This document shows positions 45,356 through 53,575 of a stretch of DNA of 53,575 bases, piece by piece. The position numbers and the translations under genes are program-made. The notes under the pieces were generated by a model, which was given only the letters and a program-made list of their open reading frames with translations, was not told the origin of the DNA and made no database searches. Position 1 is the stretch's first letter, and every line of letters begins with the position of its first letter. Source of the stretch: a virus; IMG/VR virus record IMGVR_UViG_3300009285_000009, positions 1-53,575 of that record; one strand, 5' to 3'.

Positions 45356-46618
45356 ATGTTAGCAGACATACTACATAAGAACTCTTTGGCGAGGGCGGAT
45401 GAAGCCGGGGAATGGAAATTCTCGCCCCGACCATCATCGGCTGGAACGGAAAGATGCACCCGCCAGATGGTTTATCACGGATGCGAAGTGCCACGTGATA
45501 ATAAAATGTCAGGCAGGATGTATGAAACAATGGATGATTCTTCTTTCCACGAAGAATTGACCATTGACCGCCTGCGTGATAGTGCCTTCAAAATCCATTC
45601 AAGACAGATGGGCATATCAATAGAAGGGATGTTCCCTTCACTTTTGGGCGATAAGCATTGCCGGGAATGTTCTGAAAACTCCAAGGTGGAAATGAAAGTG
45701 CAACGCAGTTGCCTGCACGGGCATATTGATGGTATTATAACCAATCTGATGCTGGAAGATTTATTATTTGAACATAAAGCCATCAATCATTTTACTTGGC
45801 AGAAATACTGGAAGGGCGATGAAATGCCCCTTGATTATATAACGCAATGTGCCATCTATCTAAGGGGATTGCATTTCGTCATCCCGGATATTCGCCGGGG
45901 CGTATTGCTTCTGAAGAATAAGAATACCAGCCAATATATTGAATATATATTGGAATACGATTTTGATAAGGATATTATATCCATAGTGGAAATGGTATCC
46001 TCTATCGGCGATGAACGGAAATACCCTGATTTCAAAATAGAGAATATAGTGCATAACGCAGTAGCCAAATTCAATCAGGTGCTTAAATATATTAATGATA
46101 AGCATCTGCCTAAGCGGGAATACGACCTTGATGATTGGAGATGCGAGTATTGTGGATGGCAGAATACCTGCTGGGCTGATTATCAAAAAGAATTCGGCGA
46201 AATGACTAAGGGCGTTGAATTATCGCAAGATTGCGTAGATGCCTGTGCCTTATTTAATCAGACCAAGGGGCAGATAAGGACGCTTGTAAAAGTGGCTGAT
46301 GATGCCCAAGAACAGGTAAAGCAGATAATGATTGATGCTAATTGCACCGAAGGATATGCCAAACATAATGGCGAAGTATATGCTATTAGCAGAAAATTCG
46401 GTGAATCGCATAGGATAAACAAGGAACTTATCCCGGCTGATATATTACTAAAGGTAACAAAAGTAATCCCTACCGAAACTCTAACGATTAAAAATATAAC
46501 TGAAAAGCCGGAAAACGAAACCAAAGCGGGCAAAAAACCACAACCTAAAAAGCCCGCTAAGAAGGAGGGGGAGGATGGAAAACAAGTTTGCGGTGATAAA
46601 AAACCCAAAGATATTTGA
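45356..46618 (+). CDS. Cas4-like PD-(D/E)xK exonuclease with Fe-S cysteines
   Basis: HGHIDGII...LLFEHKAI (D..ExK); N-terminal TERCTRQ Cys plus C-terminal CEYCGWQNTC (CxxCx5C). Confidence 0.8.
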   Translation: MLADILHKNSLARADEAGEWKFSPRPSSAGTERCTRQMVYHGCEVPRDNKMSGRMYETMDDSSFHEELTIDRLRDSAFKIHSRQMGISIEGMFPSLLGDKHCRECSENSKVEMKVQRSCLHGHIDGIITNLMLEDLLFEHKAINHFTWQKYWKGDEMPLDYITQCAIYLRGLHFVIPDIRRGVLLLKNKNTSQYIEYILEYDFDKDIISIVEMVSSIGDERKYPDFKIENIVHNAVAKFNQVLKYINDKHLPKREYDLDDWRCEYCGWQNTCWADYQKEFGEMTKGVELSQDCVDACALFNQTKGQIRTLVKVADDAQEQVKQIMIDANCTEGYAKHNGEVYAISRKFGESHRINKELIPADILLKVTKVIPTETLTIKNITEKPENETKAGKKPQPKKPAKKEGEDGKQVCGDKKPKDI

Positions 46619-47837
46619 TAAGCAACGGAGGTTGCGATTCCCATTATTGGGAACTATCCGGTTGGGCATCAAGGAAAAATCCATAAAAACAGGCGAAGAA
46701 CATCCCAAGGATGTTTCTTACTTCGTTGTGCCGGATGAAATCAAAAGGGCAAGGCGACCAAAGGAATTAGGGGGCGAACCTTACGGCGAACAACCAAAGG
46801 AACTGGATGTTATGTTCCCCTGCGATGATGAATCAATGGTATTCCCGCAAGCCCTGAAATGGTATAGTATGTCTTCAGGGCTATTATGCCGGGGCAATGG
46901 GGTAGAAGCGGAAAGATGGAATAAGGATTCCCTTAAATGGGAAGCCAGAGAATGCTCCGAGGAATGCTCGGTATATCTGGCAGGCGATTGCAAATTAAGG
47001 GCAACCTTATTTATTATAGTCTATACCGTTAATATGGGCGGTGTTTACAGAATCATATCCAGCAGTGGCACTTCAATAGGCGATGTCTTTAGCGGGTTCG
47101 CATTTCAGACCCTTAAAACCAAACGATTCAGTCGGATTCCGCTGGTGCTTCGCCGGGAACGGATGGAAATGGCTTACGTCAATGATAAATTGAAGAAGAA
47201 GGTCAAATCCATTCATTACCCGTTAAAATTAATATCAATGTTATCGCTTGAGCAGGAAGCCCAATATCGGAATAACATTGAATTAATGTCAGGGAAAGAA
47301 CCGGAAAAGGTATTGTTGCCGATATTAGACCCGGATGCTGATAATCCTTTGAAGGATGAAGGGGCTGTTGTTATTCCGGTGTCTGAATTCACCGATGAGG
47401 AACATATCCTTGAAGCCGAACAGCCGAATGATGCCAAAGAAGCCCCGGCATTGCCTACCCCATCGCCGGAAAAGCCAGCCCCGCAGTTAGCCCCGGAACA
47501 ACCTGCCAAGGTTGAACCCAAAGCCCCGGCGAATGAAGCGGATGTGACAACGGAAGCCCATCCGGTAAAGATAACGGATAAGGAAATTTCCGACAGGCAA
47601 AGGCGGAAGATGATGGCTATCTGCACTACCATCAAAATGGGGGATAAGGAACGCCACGAATTGACCCAATTCTTATTCAGCAGGAAAAGTTCATCCGAAC
47701 TTGAGGTCAATGAAAAAGGTTATCTAATCCATATCCTTGAAGGATTGCAATCCGGCTTATATCAATTAAAGCGGAATGATGCCAAGGCGATTATTAAGAT
47801 ATGGGATACTAAAATAAACAAAGAGGTGAAATTCTAA
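46575..47837 (+). CDS. conserved early protein, possible recombination/ssDNA partner of the nuclease
   Basis: aaggaggggg RBS; RFPLLGTIRLGIKEKSIKTGEEHPKDVSYFVVP N-terminus; Pro/Ala/Glu linker; function inferred only from position. Confidence 0.65.
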   Translation: MENKFAVIKNPKIFDKQRRLRFPLLGTIRLGIKEKSIKTGEEHPKDVSYFVVPDEIKRARRPKELGGEPYGEQPKELDVMFPCDDESMVFPQALKWYSMSSGLLCRGNGVEAERWNKDSLKWEARECSEECSVYLAGDCKLRATLFIIVYTVNMGGVYRIISSSGTSIGDVFSGFAFQTLKTKRFSRIPLVLRRERMEMAYVNDKLKKKVKSIHYPLKLISMLSLEQEAQYRNNIELMSGKEPEKVLLPILDPDADNPLKDEGAVVIPVSEFTDEEHILEAEQPNDAKEAPALPTPSPEKPAPQLAPEQPAKVEPKAPANEADVTTEAHPVKITDKEISDRQRRKMMAICTTIKMGDKERHELTQFLFSRKSSSELEVNEKGYLIHILEGLQSGLYQLKRNDAKAIIKIWDTKINKEVKF

Positions 47838-47849
47838 CCCGGCTGGGTG

Positions 47850-47873
47850 GGGCTATCAAGAGGGAGATAGCCC
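47850..47873 (+). terminator. 8-bp hairpin after the recombination genes
   Basis: GGGCTATC 47850..47857 pairs with GATAGCCC 47866..47873; no U-tract. Confidence 0.4.
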
Positions 47874-47894
47874 TGCCCATATAAAGGAGTAATT

Positions 47895-48221
47895 ATGATA
47901 AAAGAAATAAAAACAAAGAAACAATTATTAGAGGCATTAAAACCGCTTCCGATAAACAGCGAGAGCCACAGGAATTCAATAATATGTTCCCTAATAGGGC
48001 ATTCTAATATATGCACTATTTGTTTTGGATATAGGTATTGTGGTCGGTGCGGAGACCAACTTGGTGATTCATTAGGGTCGGTTGATTCCGGTGCTAAAGA
48101 TTGTGTTATTATAGGACATAATTGTCAAACTTGCCAAGTAAATTATAAGAAAAGCACTTGGAAAGATAAACTTTATGTTCAACCACCATTCACAAAGAAT
48201 GGCATAAAAAGTGAGGAGTAA
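47895..48221 (+). CDS. hypothetical Cys-rich protein
   Basis: aaggag RBS; CTICFGYRYCGRCG...CQTCQ. Confidence 0.55.
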   Translation: MIKEIKTKKQLLEALKPLPINSESHRNSIICSLIGHSNICTICFGYRYCGRCGDQLGDSLGSVDSGAKDCVIIGHNCQTCQVNYKKSTWKDKLYVQPPFTKNGIKSEE

Positions 48222-48223
48222 TA

Positions 48224-48547
48224 ATGGGTAAATATACTAATGGAGTTACCGGCAGGCATTGTTCTGAATGCGGTGAACCATTCCTAAAGGATGAAACGAT
48301 AAGGCATAGTATTTGCCCGGCGTGTGAAAAGAGATTAAAAGAAGAACATAAGGATACCGCCCCGGTAATTACTGTGAATTGCCCTGATTGCGATGAAATC
48401 CCTAATGCACCGATGGCTATTAGTTACCTTAAATTATTCAATAGATGTTGGGATTGCGATAAGCACGATTGGGAGCGTGGGCAGATGCCATTAAAGGATT
48501 TTGAAAAGCGGGAACAGCAGGCGTTAGATGATGCCTGCAAAACATAG
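48224..48547 (+). CDS. hypothetical zinc-ribbon protein
   Basis: gaggag RBS; CSECG..CPACE..CPDCD..CWDCD. Confidence 0.55.
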   Translation: MGKYTNGVTGRHCSECGEPFLKDETIRHSICPACEKRLKEEHKDTAPVITVNCPDCDEIPNAPMAISYLKLFNRCWDCDKHDWERGQMPLKDFEKREQQALDDACKT

Positions 48548-48595
48548 AGAGGATATAAGCGGTTGCTTAACACTAAAAGATTTATCGGATTTTTA

Positions 48596-48623
48596 TTGAC
48601 AAATAATACTATTATCCTATAAT
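48596..48623 (+). promoter_or_regulatory. promoter P3 (TTGACA-16 nt-TATAAT)
   Basis: Consensus hexamers at 48596..48601 and 48618..48623. Confidence 0.65.
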
Positions 48624-48629
48624 GACGGA

Positions 48630-48738
48630 TGTGAATGAAATGAGTAATAATCTTAAACAGATAATCAGCAGGGATAGGGCAGGAAGCAGGTCAATTTATT
48701 GCTTGTTTCATTCACACTGTTCTATACCCTGCTTTTTT
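48630..48738 (+). ncRNA. interleaved-stem structured RNA ending in a U-tract, copy 2 (leader or discrete small RNA)
   Basis: S1 48630..48650 pairs with 48696..48716 (21 bp, 3 G-U). S2 48667..48677 pairs with 48722..48733 (11 bp, one bulge). TTTTTT run spans 48733..48738. Confidence 0.5.
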
Positions 48739-48745
48739 ATTTAAT

Positions 48746-49399
48746 ATGCCACAAAAGGTATTTCCCGATTCAAGGGGCAAGGCCAGTATAAGTCAATGCC
48801 TAATGTGTGGGAAAAATATTAGAATAATACCGGCCATGGTAAGACAGGAAAAAGGTAAGTTTTGTTCCCGCAAATGTGTGTGGCAATGGAGTTCTAAAAA
48901 TAGGAGTGGGATAAATAGTCCTGGATGGAAGAGGCAACTAAGGCAATGTAAGGAATGCGGCAATAATTTTTATGCCCTTATCTCACAGATTAAAATAGGG
49001 AGCGGTAAATTCTGTTCAAGAAAATGTAAAGGGAAGGGACAAATAAAAAGATTAATAGGTAATAGATATGGATGGAAGGGTGGCTTAACTCCGGCAAGCA
49101 CATTAATCCGTTCTTCAGATAAATACAAAAATTGGCGTTCACAAGTATTCATCAGGGATAACTTTACCTGTCAGAAATGCGGAGATAGTACAGGTGGAAA
49201 TTTAGAAGCACATCATAAACGAGGATTTAGAATATTAATGAGGGAGGCACACGAATATATGCCCTTGTTCTCATTATATGCCGCTTGTATGATTTATGCC
49301 CCGCTATGGGATATTAACAATGGTAAGACACTTTGTAAAAAATGCCACGATGAAACGAGAGGAAGCATTTATGCCAGAAGAAAATATAACGATAGATGA
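48746..49399 (+). CDS. HNH homing endonuclease
   Basis: KYKNWRSQVFIRDNFTCQKCG..LEAHH..PLFSLYAACMIYAPLWDINNGKTLCKKCH; two GKFCSRKC zinc-knuckle repeats; no SD upstream. Confidence 0.85.
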   Translation: MPQKVFPDSRGKASISQCLMCGKNIRIIPAMVRQEKGKFCSRKCVWQWSSKNRSGINSPGWKRQLRQCKECGNNFYALISQIKIGSGKFCSRKCKGKGQIKRLIGNRYGWKGGLTPASTLIRSSDKYKNWRSQVFIRDNFTCQKCGDSTGGNLEAHHKRGFRILMREAHEYMPLFSLYAACMIYAPLWDINNGKTLCKKCHDETRGSIYARRKYNDR

Positions 49400-49745
49400 A
49401 ACAATTACACACGAAGAAAGAATGCTTAATTTTATAATAAGTTCTGGGGGTATTGTTAACACAATTCAAATCCGTAGATATGGGTTAGAAAATGGCATAT
49501 TGCAAGCAGATAGAAGAGTGAGGTGTTTGCGACAGAATTATCCCAATGGCTTTGATAAATTCGGGTATCCTGATATATGCTTGGATAGCCGGGATATTAA
49601 CCCAACCGAAATGAACCAGTGGGGCATTAAATGCAAACGGATAGCGGTTTATTTCATTAAGCCGGTTGAAGCCCAGCCGATAACGAATGAAGGCGTGCAA
49701 CTTAATCTGCCCGAATCTGTTAAAATGGGAAATACTGTAGCGTAA
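49371..49745 (+). CDS. hypothetical protein
   Basis: ATG 49371 after gagaggaag; track start 49296 lies deep in the HNH gene. Confidence 0.5.
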   Translation: MPEENITIDETITHEERMLNFIISSGGIVNTIQIRRYGLENGILQADRRVRCLRQNYPNGFDKFGYPDICLDSRDINPTEMNQWGIKCKRIAVYFIKPVEAQPITNEGVQLNLPESVKMGNTVA

Positions 49746-49823
49746 TAAGATATTAAAAACTAACTCAAAACTATTTAATTGGAAGGACGACTAATATGCC
49801 AAAGAATACTGAAAGGAGGTCTT

Positions 49824-50210
49824 ATGCCAGAAATAAAGAGTTGTGAGAATTGTATCAATGAATATAAGTTCAGGCGTGAGAAGGTATGCTTGGAGTGCGA
49901 CTTTCTGCACGCAAAGAAGAACTGGCAACCCAAACCAGACGAAATGATTACAGTGGAAACCACAATCTTAGAGCAGGATAATATGACAGGGGAACTGTGT
50001 CACAAAGAAATTATGATTGAAGTTTCCACCGCCCAACTCCATTCACTCGGCTATTATAAACTTAATGAGGTGGAGATTGATATTGATTATTTAACAAGAG
50101 TTTTTTGTAAATGGGATAATTCTATTCCGACCAAAATTTTGAGTGGGGATAGAAAAGAAATAGTTGATGTTATAGTAAAAGCCAACCCAATCAAACCTAA
50201 AAACAGATAA
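49824..50210 (+). CDS. hypothetical protein with N-terminal CxxC pairs
   Basis: aaggagg RBS before ATG 49824 (track uses TTG 49779); CENC...CLEC. Confidence 0.55.
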   Translation: MPEIKSCENCINEYKFRREKVCLECDFLHAKKNWQPKPDEMITVETTILEQDNMTGELCHKEIMIEVSTAQLHSLGYYKLNEVEIDIDYLTRVFCKWDNSIPTKILSGDRKEIVDVIVKANPIKPKNR

Positions 50211-50343
50211 AGAATTTGAGTAACTATTCTTACGGTATTGTTTGTGGAAGTCTACACTGGTTTGTGTCTGAAAAAGAACTTTCTGAACCACCTAAACAGT
50301 TGAAATATAAGGTGGGGGATATGGTAATTTAATATCTTTAATA

Positions 50344-50388
50344 AATAATATCATTTTACTTGACAAATTGTTTGATTTTGTTTAATTA
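50344..50388 (+). promoter_or_regulatory. early promoter P4 with the 23-nt box (1 mismatch)
   Basis: AATAATATCATTTTACTTGACAA 50344..50366; -35 50360..50365; -10-like TAATTA 50383..50388. Confidence 0.55.
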
Positions 50389-50411
50389 TCGCCAGAAGGA
50401 GAGAGATACTA

Positions 50412-50666
50412 ATGACCAAATGGAATAAAACAAGAACAAGCCGGATGCCATCTAATCAGCAGAAGGTTAGGATGTGGCTGGAATCTAATGACCGCAAGCC
50501 GTGTTACTTGGCTAAATTAACCAAGGTTACCCGGACGACCATTAGTTGTTTTCTGCAAAATAAGTATGTTAGTAATAATGTGCTTATCAGGATTTCAAGG
50601 GCAACAGGGCTTCAAATGGAATTGACCTTTGGAGACCATAAGCAAAAGATTAAACTGGGAAAATAA
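50412..50666 (+). CDS. Cro/XRE-type HTH regulator candidate
   Basis: aaggagag RBS; CYLAKLTKVTRTTISCFLQNK helix-turn-helix-like segment. Confidence 0.65.
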   Translation: MTKWNKTRTSRMPSNQQKVRMWLESNDRKPCYLAKLTKVTRTTISCFLQNKYVSNNVLIRISRATGLQMELTFGDHKQKIKLGK

Positions 50667-50681
50667 TTATTTACTAAATGC

Positions 50682-50708
50682 TTGACAAACATTTTAATAT
50701 AATATATC
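50682..50708 (+). promoter_or_regulatory. promoter P5 (TTGACA, -10 ambiguous)
   Basis: TTGACA 50682..50687; AT-rich TATATC 50703..50708 at 15-nt spacing; weaker than P3. Confidence 0.4.
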
Positions 50709-50717
50709 CTAATTTTA

Positions 50718-50829
50718 TGACAAGGATATACGGCGTAACAGTACACTCAATGAGGCGGGGAAGCAATTCGTCTAAACAACCATTTGCTATATGTCCTTGT
50801 CAGACACCTCGCCTCACTTTTCTTATTTT
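50718..50829 (+). ncRNA. interleaved-stem structured RNA ending in a U-rich tract, copy 3
   Basis: S1 50718..50730 pairs with 50790..50802 (13 bp, one G-U). S2 50751..50760 pairs with 50807..50816 (10 bp, one G-U). Followed by CTTTTCTTATTTT. Confidence 0.45.
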
Positions 50830-51414
50830 ATGAGAGAAATTATCACCATAGTGGCATATAAGCAATTCGTTAAGAGCAACACCGATAATGCTATTACTCT
50901 TCACGGCACATCTATCAGGGCTGATATGGGATATAGGGCTTTATCGCCTATGGCTAAATTAATGTTTTTTAACGCTCTATTAATATCTAATAAAGACGGA
51001 AAGTTATACCATACATTCTCTGACAACCCATACACCGCAGAAGAATTAATTAGGTCTGTAAGTAGTCATAACAATCGCAACGATTTATTAGGTAAGGCAT
51101 TTTTAGAATTGATACATTATGGGCTAATTCATTCCAATATTAAATATGACAGGGTTAGTAAAATCGCACACGATAAATATTCTACAGATTGGACTGAAGA
51201 TTTAAGAATGGCTGTTAGAAAAAGGGACGGTTATAAATGCAGAGTATGCAGTAAAGACGGTATACAGGTGCATCATATTGATTATAATAAATCTAATTGC
51301 GACCCTGGAAATCTCGTTACATTATGCTCCCGATGTCATAACAAAACAAACATCCGGCGTGAGTATTGGAAGAAATATTTTACAGAAAGAAAAGATAATG
51401 CCAGACATTATTAA
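50830..51414 (+). CDS. HNH endonuclease with N-terminal putative DNA-binding domain
   Basis: YKCRVCSKDGIQVHHIDYNKSNCDPGNLVTLCSRCHNKT; track start 50791 lies inside stem S1, and ATG 50830 follows the U-tract as at 48746. Confidence 0.7.
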   Translation: MREIITIVAYKQFVKSNTDNAITLHGTSIRADMGYRALSPMAKLMFFNALLISNKDGKLYHTFSDNPYTAEELIRSVSSHNNRNDLLGKAFLELIHYGLIHSNIKYDRVSKIAHDKYSTDWTEDLRMAVRKRDGYKCRVCSKDGIQVHHIDYNKSNCDPGNLVTLCSRCHNKTNIRREYWKKYFTERKDNARHY

Positions 51415-52243
51415 CAAGCCACCGGAGATACCGGGGGGATTTGTTCTTATAGCAAGAGGGATAGCCAAAAGTTCTCTTATGACAACTCCTTCTAATGCTT
51501 TCAAGGTATCAATATGGATGCTGGCAAAGGCAAGGTATGAAGATTATAAATGGTTTGATTCTATCCGTAAAAAAGACATCGTTATCAAAAGGGGGGAACT
51601 AACCTTTAACTATGATGACATTGTTGAAACGACTAACCTGACTTATTCTCAAGTAAGGACGGCAGTAGAGCATTTATTAGGTCACGGATTTATACAAGAC
51701 CTGACACCTAAAGAAGTTAAAGTAGCACACGGATATATGCATTTTAGGATAGTTAAGTTTGAACACTACCAATTAATGAATAATTATTATAGCAATCAAA
51801 TCGCACAGGGGTCGCACACCCATCTATCAGGTAGCGATAACGATTCGCACCTATTAAAGGAAACTAAAGAAGGTATAAGTAATAAAGATATATGCAATCG
51901 TATTTTTACCCATTGGAATGCTATGATGGGAAAGGTAATAGAGCATAGGAAACTAACTGATAAAATGATTAGGGTTATTAATGCCCGGCTATCAGAAGGA
52001 CACACAGAAGAAGAAATTAAATCAGCCATCACTAATTACAGCAAGATATTATCGGATAAGGTTACTTATTATTTTAATTATGTTTGGACATTGGAGTTAT
52101 TCCTTAAAAGACCGAATGGATTTCCTCAATTTATGTCTTGGGAAATAGCCCATAATAATTGCAAGCGGGGCGGAGCGATTAATAAACCGAAGGCAACTGA
52201 ACAGGGTACGTTCAGCCGGGGTGGTAATTACTTCAAGAAATAA
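51398..52243 (+). CDS. replication organiser/initiator (DnaD-like C-terminal domain)
   Basis: ATG 51398 (track uses TTG 51278); C-terminal FTHWNAMMGK..RVINARLSEGHTEEEIKSAI...TLELFLKRPNGFPQFM resembles the phage TIGR02220/DnaD-type domain. Confidence 0.7.
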   Translation: MPDIINKPPEIPGGFVLIARGIAKSSLMTTPSNAFKVSIWMLAKARYEDYKWFDSIRKKDIVIKRGELTFNYDDIVETTNLTYSQVRTAVEHLLGHGFIQDLTPKEVKVAHGYMHFRIVKFEHYQLMNNYYSNQIAQGSHTHLSGSDNDSHLLKETKEGISNKDICNRIFTHWNAMMGKVIEHRKLTDKMIRVINARLSEGHTEEEIKSAITNYSKILSDKVTYYFNYVWTLELFLKRPNGFPQFMSWEIAHNNCKRGGAINKPKATEQGTFSRGGNYFKK

Positions 52244-52246
52244 TAT

Positions 52247-52876
52247 ATGGATATAAATCAATATAAAGATAGCAGGAAACCGCTTAAAAAGGTTTTGACT
52301 ATACCGCCCAGATTTGAAGGCACTGCATTAGAGATAGACAATCAATGGTGTAAGGATTGGGTATTGCAGGCGGTTAATGGCAGGGTAAAGAAATCACCTA
52401 TGCTTGCCGGGGCGACCGGGGTAGGGAAAACATATCAGTTGTATGCAATGGCAAACGAAATATGCAATATAGTTAATCAGCGTAATATAGACGAATGGAA
52501 TAAAATAATTGATTATACTTCGCCTGTTTACAAATATCCCCGGATGAAAATAATAACTGAAGTTGATTTATTTTATCGGATGCGGGAAGCCCCAAATCAG
52601 CAGGCGGAATGGCATCTGCTTAAAGATATAAGAACTATTGATATTTTATTGATTGATGACATTGGAACTGCTAATGCCGGTAATAAGGCATTAGAGACAT
52701 TATTTAATATATTAGATTGGCGGGGTAAAAACTGTTTGGCAACAGTTATAACTACCAATATGACTATTCAAGAAATAGCACAGGGGTATGGTGAAAAAAT
52801 AGCAAGTAGGATTATAGAAATGTGTAAGGTTATTATTATGAACGGTGAGGATTACAGGGTTAAAGATAACATATGA
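52247..52876 (+). CDS. DnaC/IstB-like AAA+ helicase loader
   Basis: Walker A GATGVGKT; Walker B LLIDDIG; follows the organiser gene. Confidence 0.8.
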   Translation: MDINQYKDSRKPLKKVLTIPPRFEGTALEIDNQWCKDWVLQAVNGRVKKSPMLAGATGVGKTYQLYAMANEICNIVNQRNIDEWNKIIDYTSPVYKYPRMKIITEVDLFYRMREAPNQQAEWHLLKDIRTIDILLIDDIGTANAGNKALETLFNILDWRGKNCLATVITTNMTIQEIAQGYGEKIASRIIEMCKVIIMNGEDYRVKDNI

Positions 52877-53538
52877 TAAAAAGATGCCCCATTTGTAACA
52901 AGAAAATTAGTAATAGGGCAAAGTATTGCTGGAAGCATTGTCACACCAAAGAATGGCGTGAGAAGAACGGAACAATTCATAGGAAACCTAATACACACAG
53001 ATTTTGTAAATCCTGTAATAAAAGGATAGATAGTCGTTCGGAATATTGTGCCATTCATTACAGGGAATATTCCGATTGGATTAAGAACCAGAGTAAGTCA
53101 CATATGGGGAAAACCCCCCGATTGGGAATGAAGCATACAGATAAAACAAAAAATAAAATTCGTGCGAAACAATTAGGTAGAAAATATTCAGTTGAAATTA
53201 ATAGAAAAAAGGGCTCTAAGGGAAATAGAAATCCTAATTGGAAGGGAGGGATAACAACCACCATTCAATTACTTAGACAGTGCGTGCAATACAAAAAATG
53301 GCGACAAGATATATTTATAAGGGATAACTTTACTTGTTGTGAGTGTGGGCAAAAAGGCGGATATTTAGAAGCCCATCACATAAAATTATTTAGTAAGTTA
53401 GTGCAGGAAGCAAGAAATTATATGCCATTATTCCCATTATATGACGCTTGTATGCTTTATACGCCATTATGGGATATTGATAATGGGATAACTTTATGTA
53501 AAAAGTGTCACGACAAAACTAAAAGAAAATCTATGTGA
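52873..53538 (+). CDS. HNH homing endonuclease
   Basis: ATGA overlap; NUMOD3-like GMKHTDKTKNKI; KKWRQDIFIRDNFTCCECG..LEAHH..PLFPLYDACMLYTPLWDIDNGITLCKKCH; its last 40 nt are repeated at 1..40. Confidence 0.85.
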   Translation: MIKRCPICNKKISNRAKYCWKHCHTKEWREKNGTIHRKPNTHRFCKSCNKRIDSRSEYCAIHYREYSDWIKNQSKSHMGKTPRLGMKHTDKTKNKIRAKQLGRKYSVEINRKKGSKGNRNPNWKGGITTTIQLLRQCVQYKKWRQDIFIRDNFTCCECGQKGGYLEAHHIKLFSKLVQEARNYMPLFPLYDACMLYTPLWDIDNGITLCKKCHDKTKRKSM

Positions 53539-53575
53539 AATTATAATCATATCCGGGGAAGATAGAAGGGTAAAA
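53499..53575. repeat. second copy of the 77-nt terminal repeat
   Basis: Identical to 1..77. Confidence 0.95.

Noticed and set aside
536-53264. All minus-strand ORFs in the six-frame track (e.g. 812..1267, 9335..9805, 12665..13153, 26431..27117, 47216..47710)
   Set aside because: Each lies wholly antisense to a + strand gene that has motifs or an RBS. None has a convincing RBS or recognisable motif. Their low-complexity Ser/Leu-rich translations are typical of antisense frames.

Overview
Circularly closed genome (first 77 nt = last 77 nt; 53,498 nt unique) of a tailed dsDNA phage. Every gene I can support is on the + strand. I see no integrase, tRNA, rRNA or CRISPR array. Layout: 80-3663 holds DNA-modification/repair-type genes (radical-SAM, RusA-like, methyltransferase). 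3693-16318 holds packaging and HK97-type head genes (small terminase candidate, large terminase, portal-MuF fusion, protease-scaffold, major capsid), interrupted by cargo: a promoter-driven 69-unit tetrapeptide-repeat protein, about 2 kb of small ORFs and a second methyltransferase. 16424-19596 holds neck genes. 19601-25237 is a six-gene glycosyltransferase/methyltransferase island embedded in the virion module. 25239-38579 is a lambda-like siphovirus tail: terminator, tube, G/GT chaperone with an A_AAA_AAC -1 frameshift, tape measure, M-, L-, K- and J-like tip proteins, and two paralogous repeat-blade fibres. 38600-41837 holds lysis-type genes interleaved with two HNH endonucleases. 42118-53538 is the early region, with five of the six TTGACAA-type sigma70-like promoters (the sixth is at 4497), a Cas4-like nuclease, HTH regulators, a replication organiser, a DnaC-like loader and three more HNH genes. 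The most unusual features are (i) the tetrapeptide-array protein; (ii) three copies of a promoter-proximal interleaved-stem (H-type pseudoknot-like) RNA leader, two of which end in U-tracts directly in front of HNH genes; and (iii) the glycosylation/methylation island inside the virion module. All functional calls come from motif recognition by eye; no database search or folding program was available.
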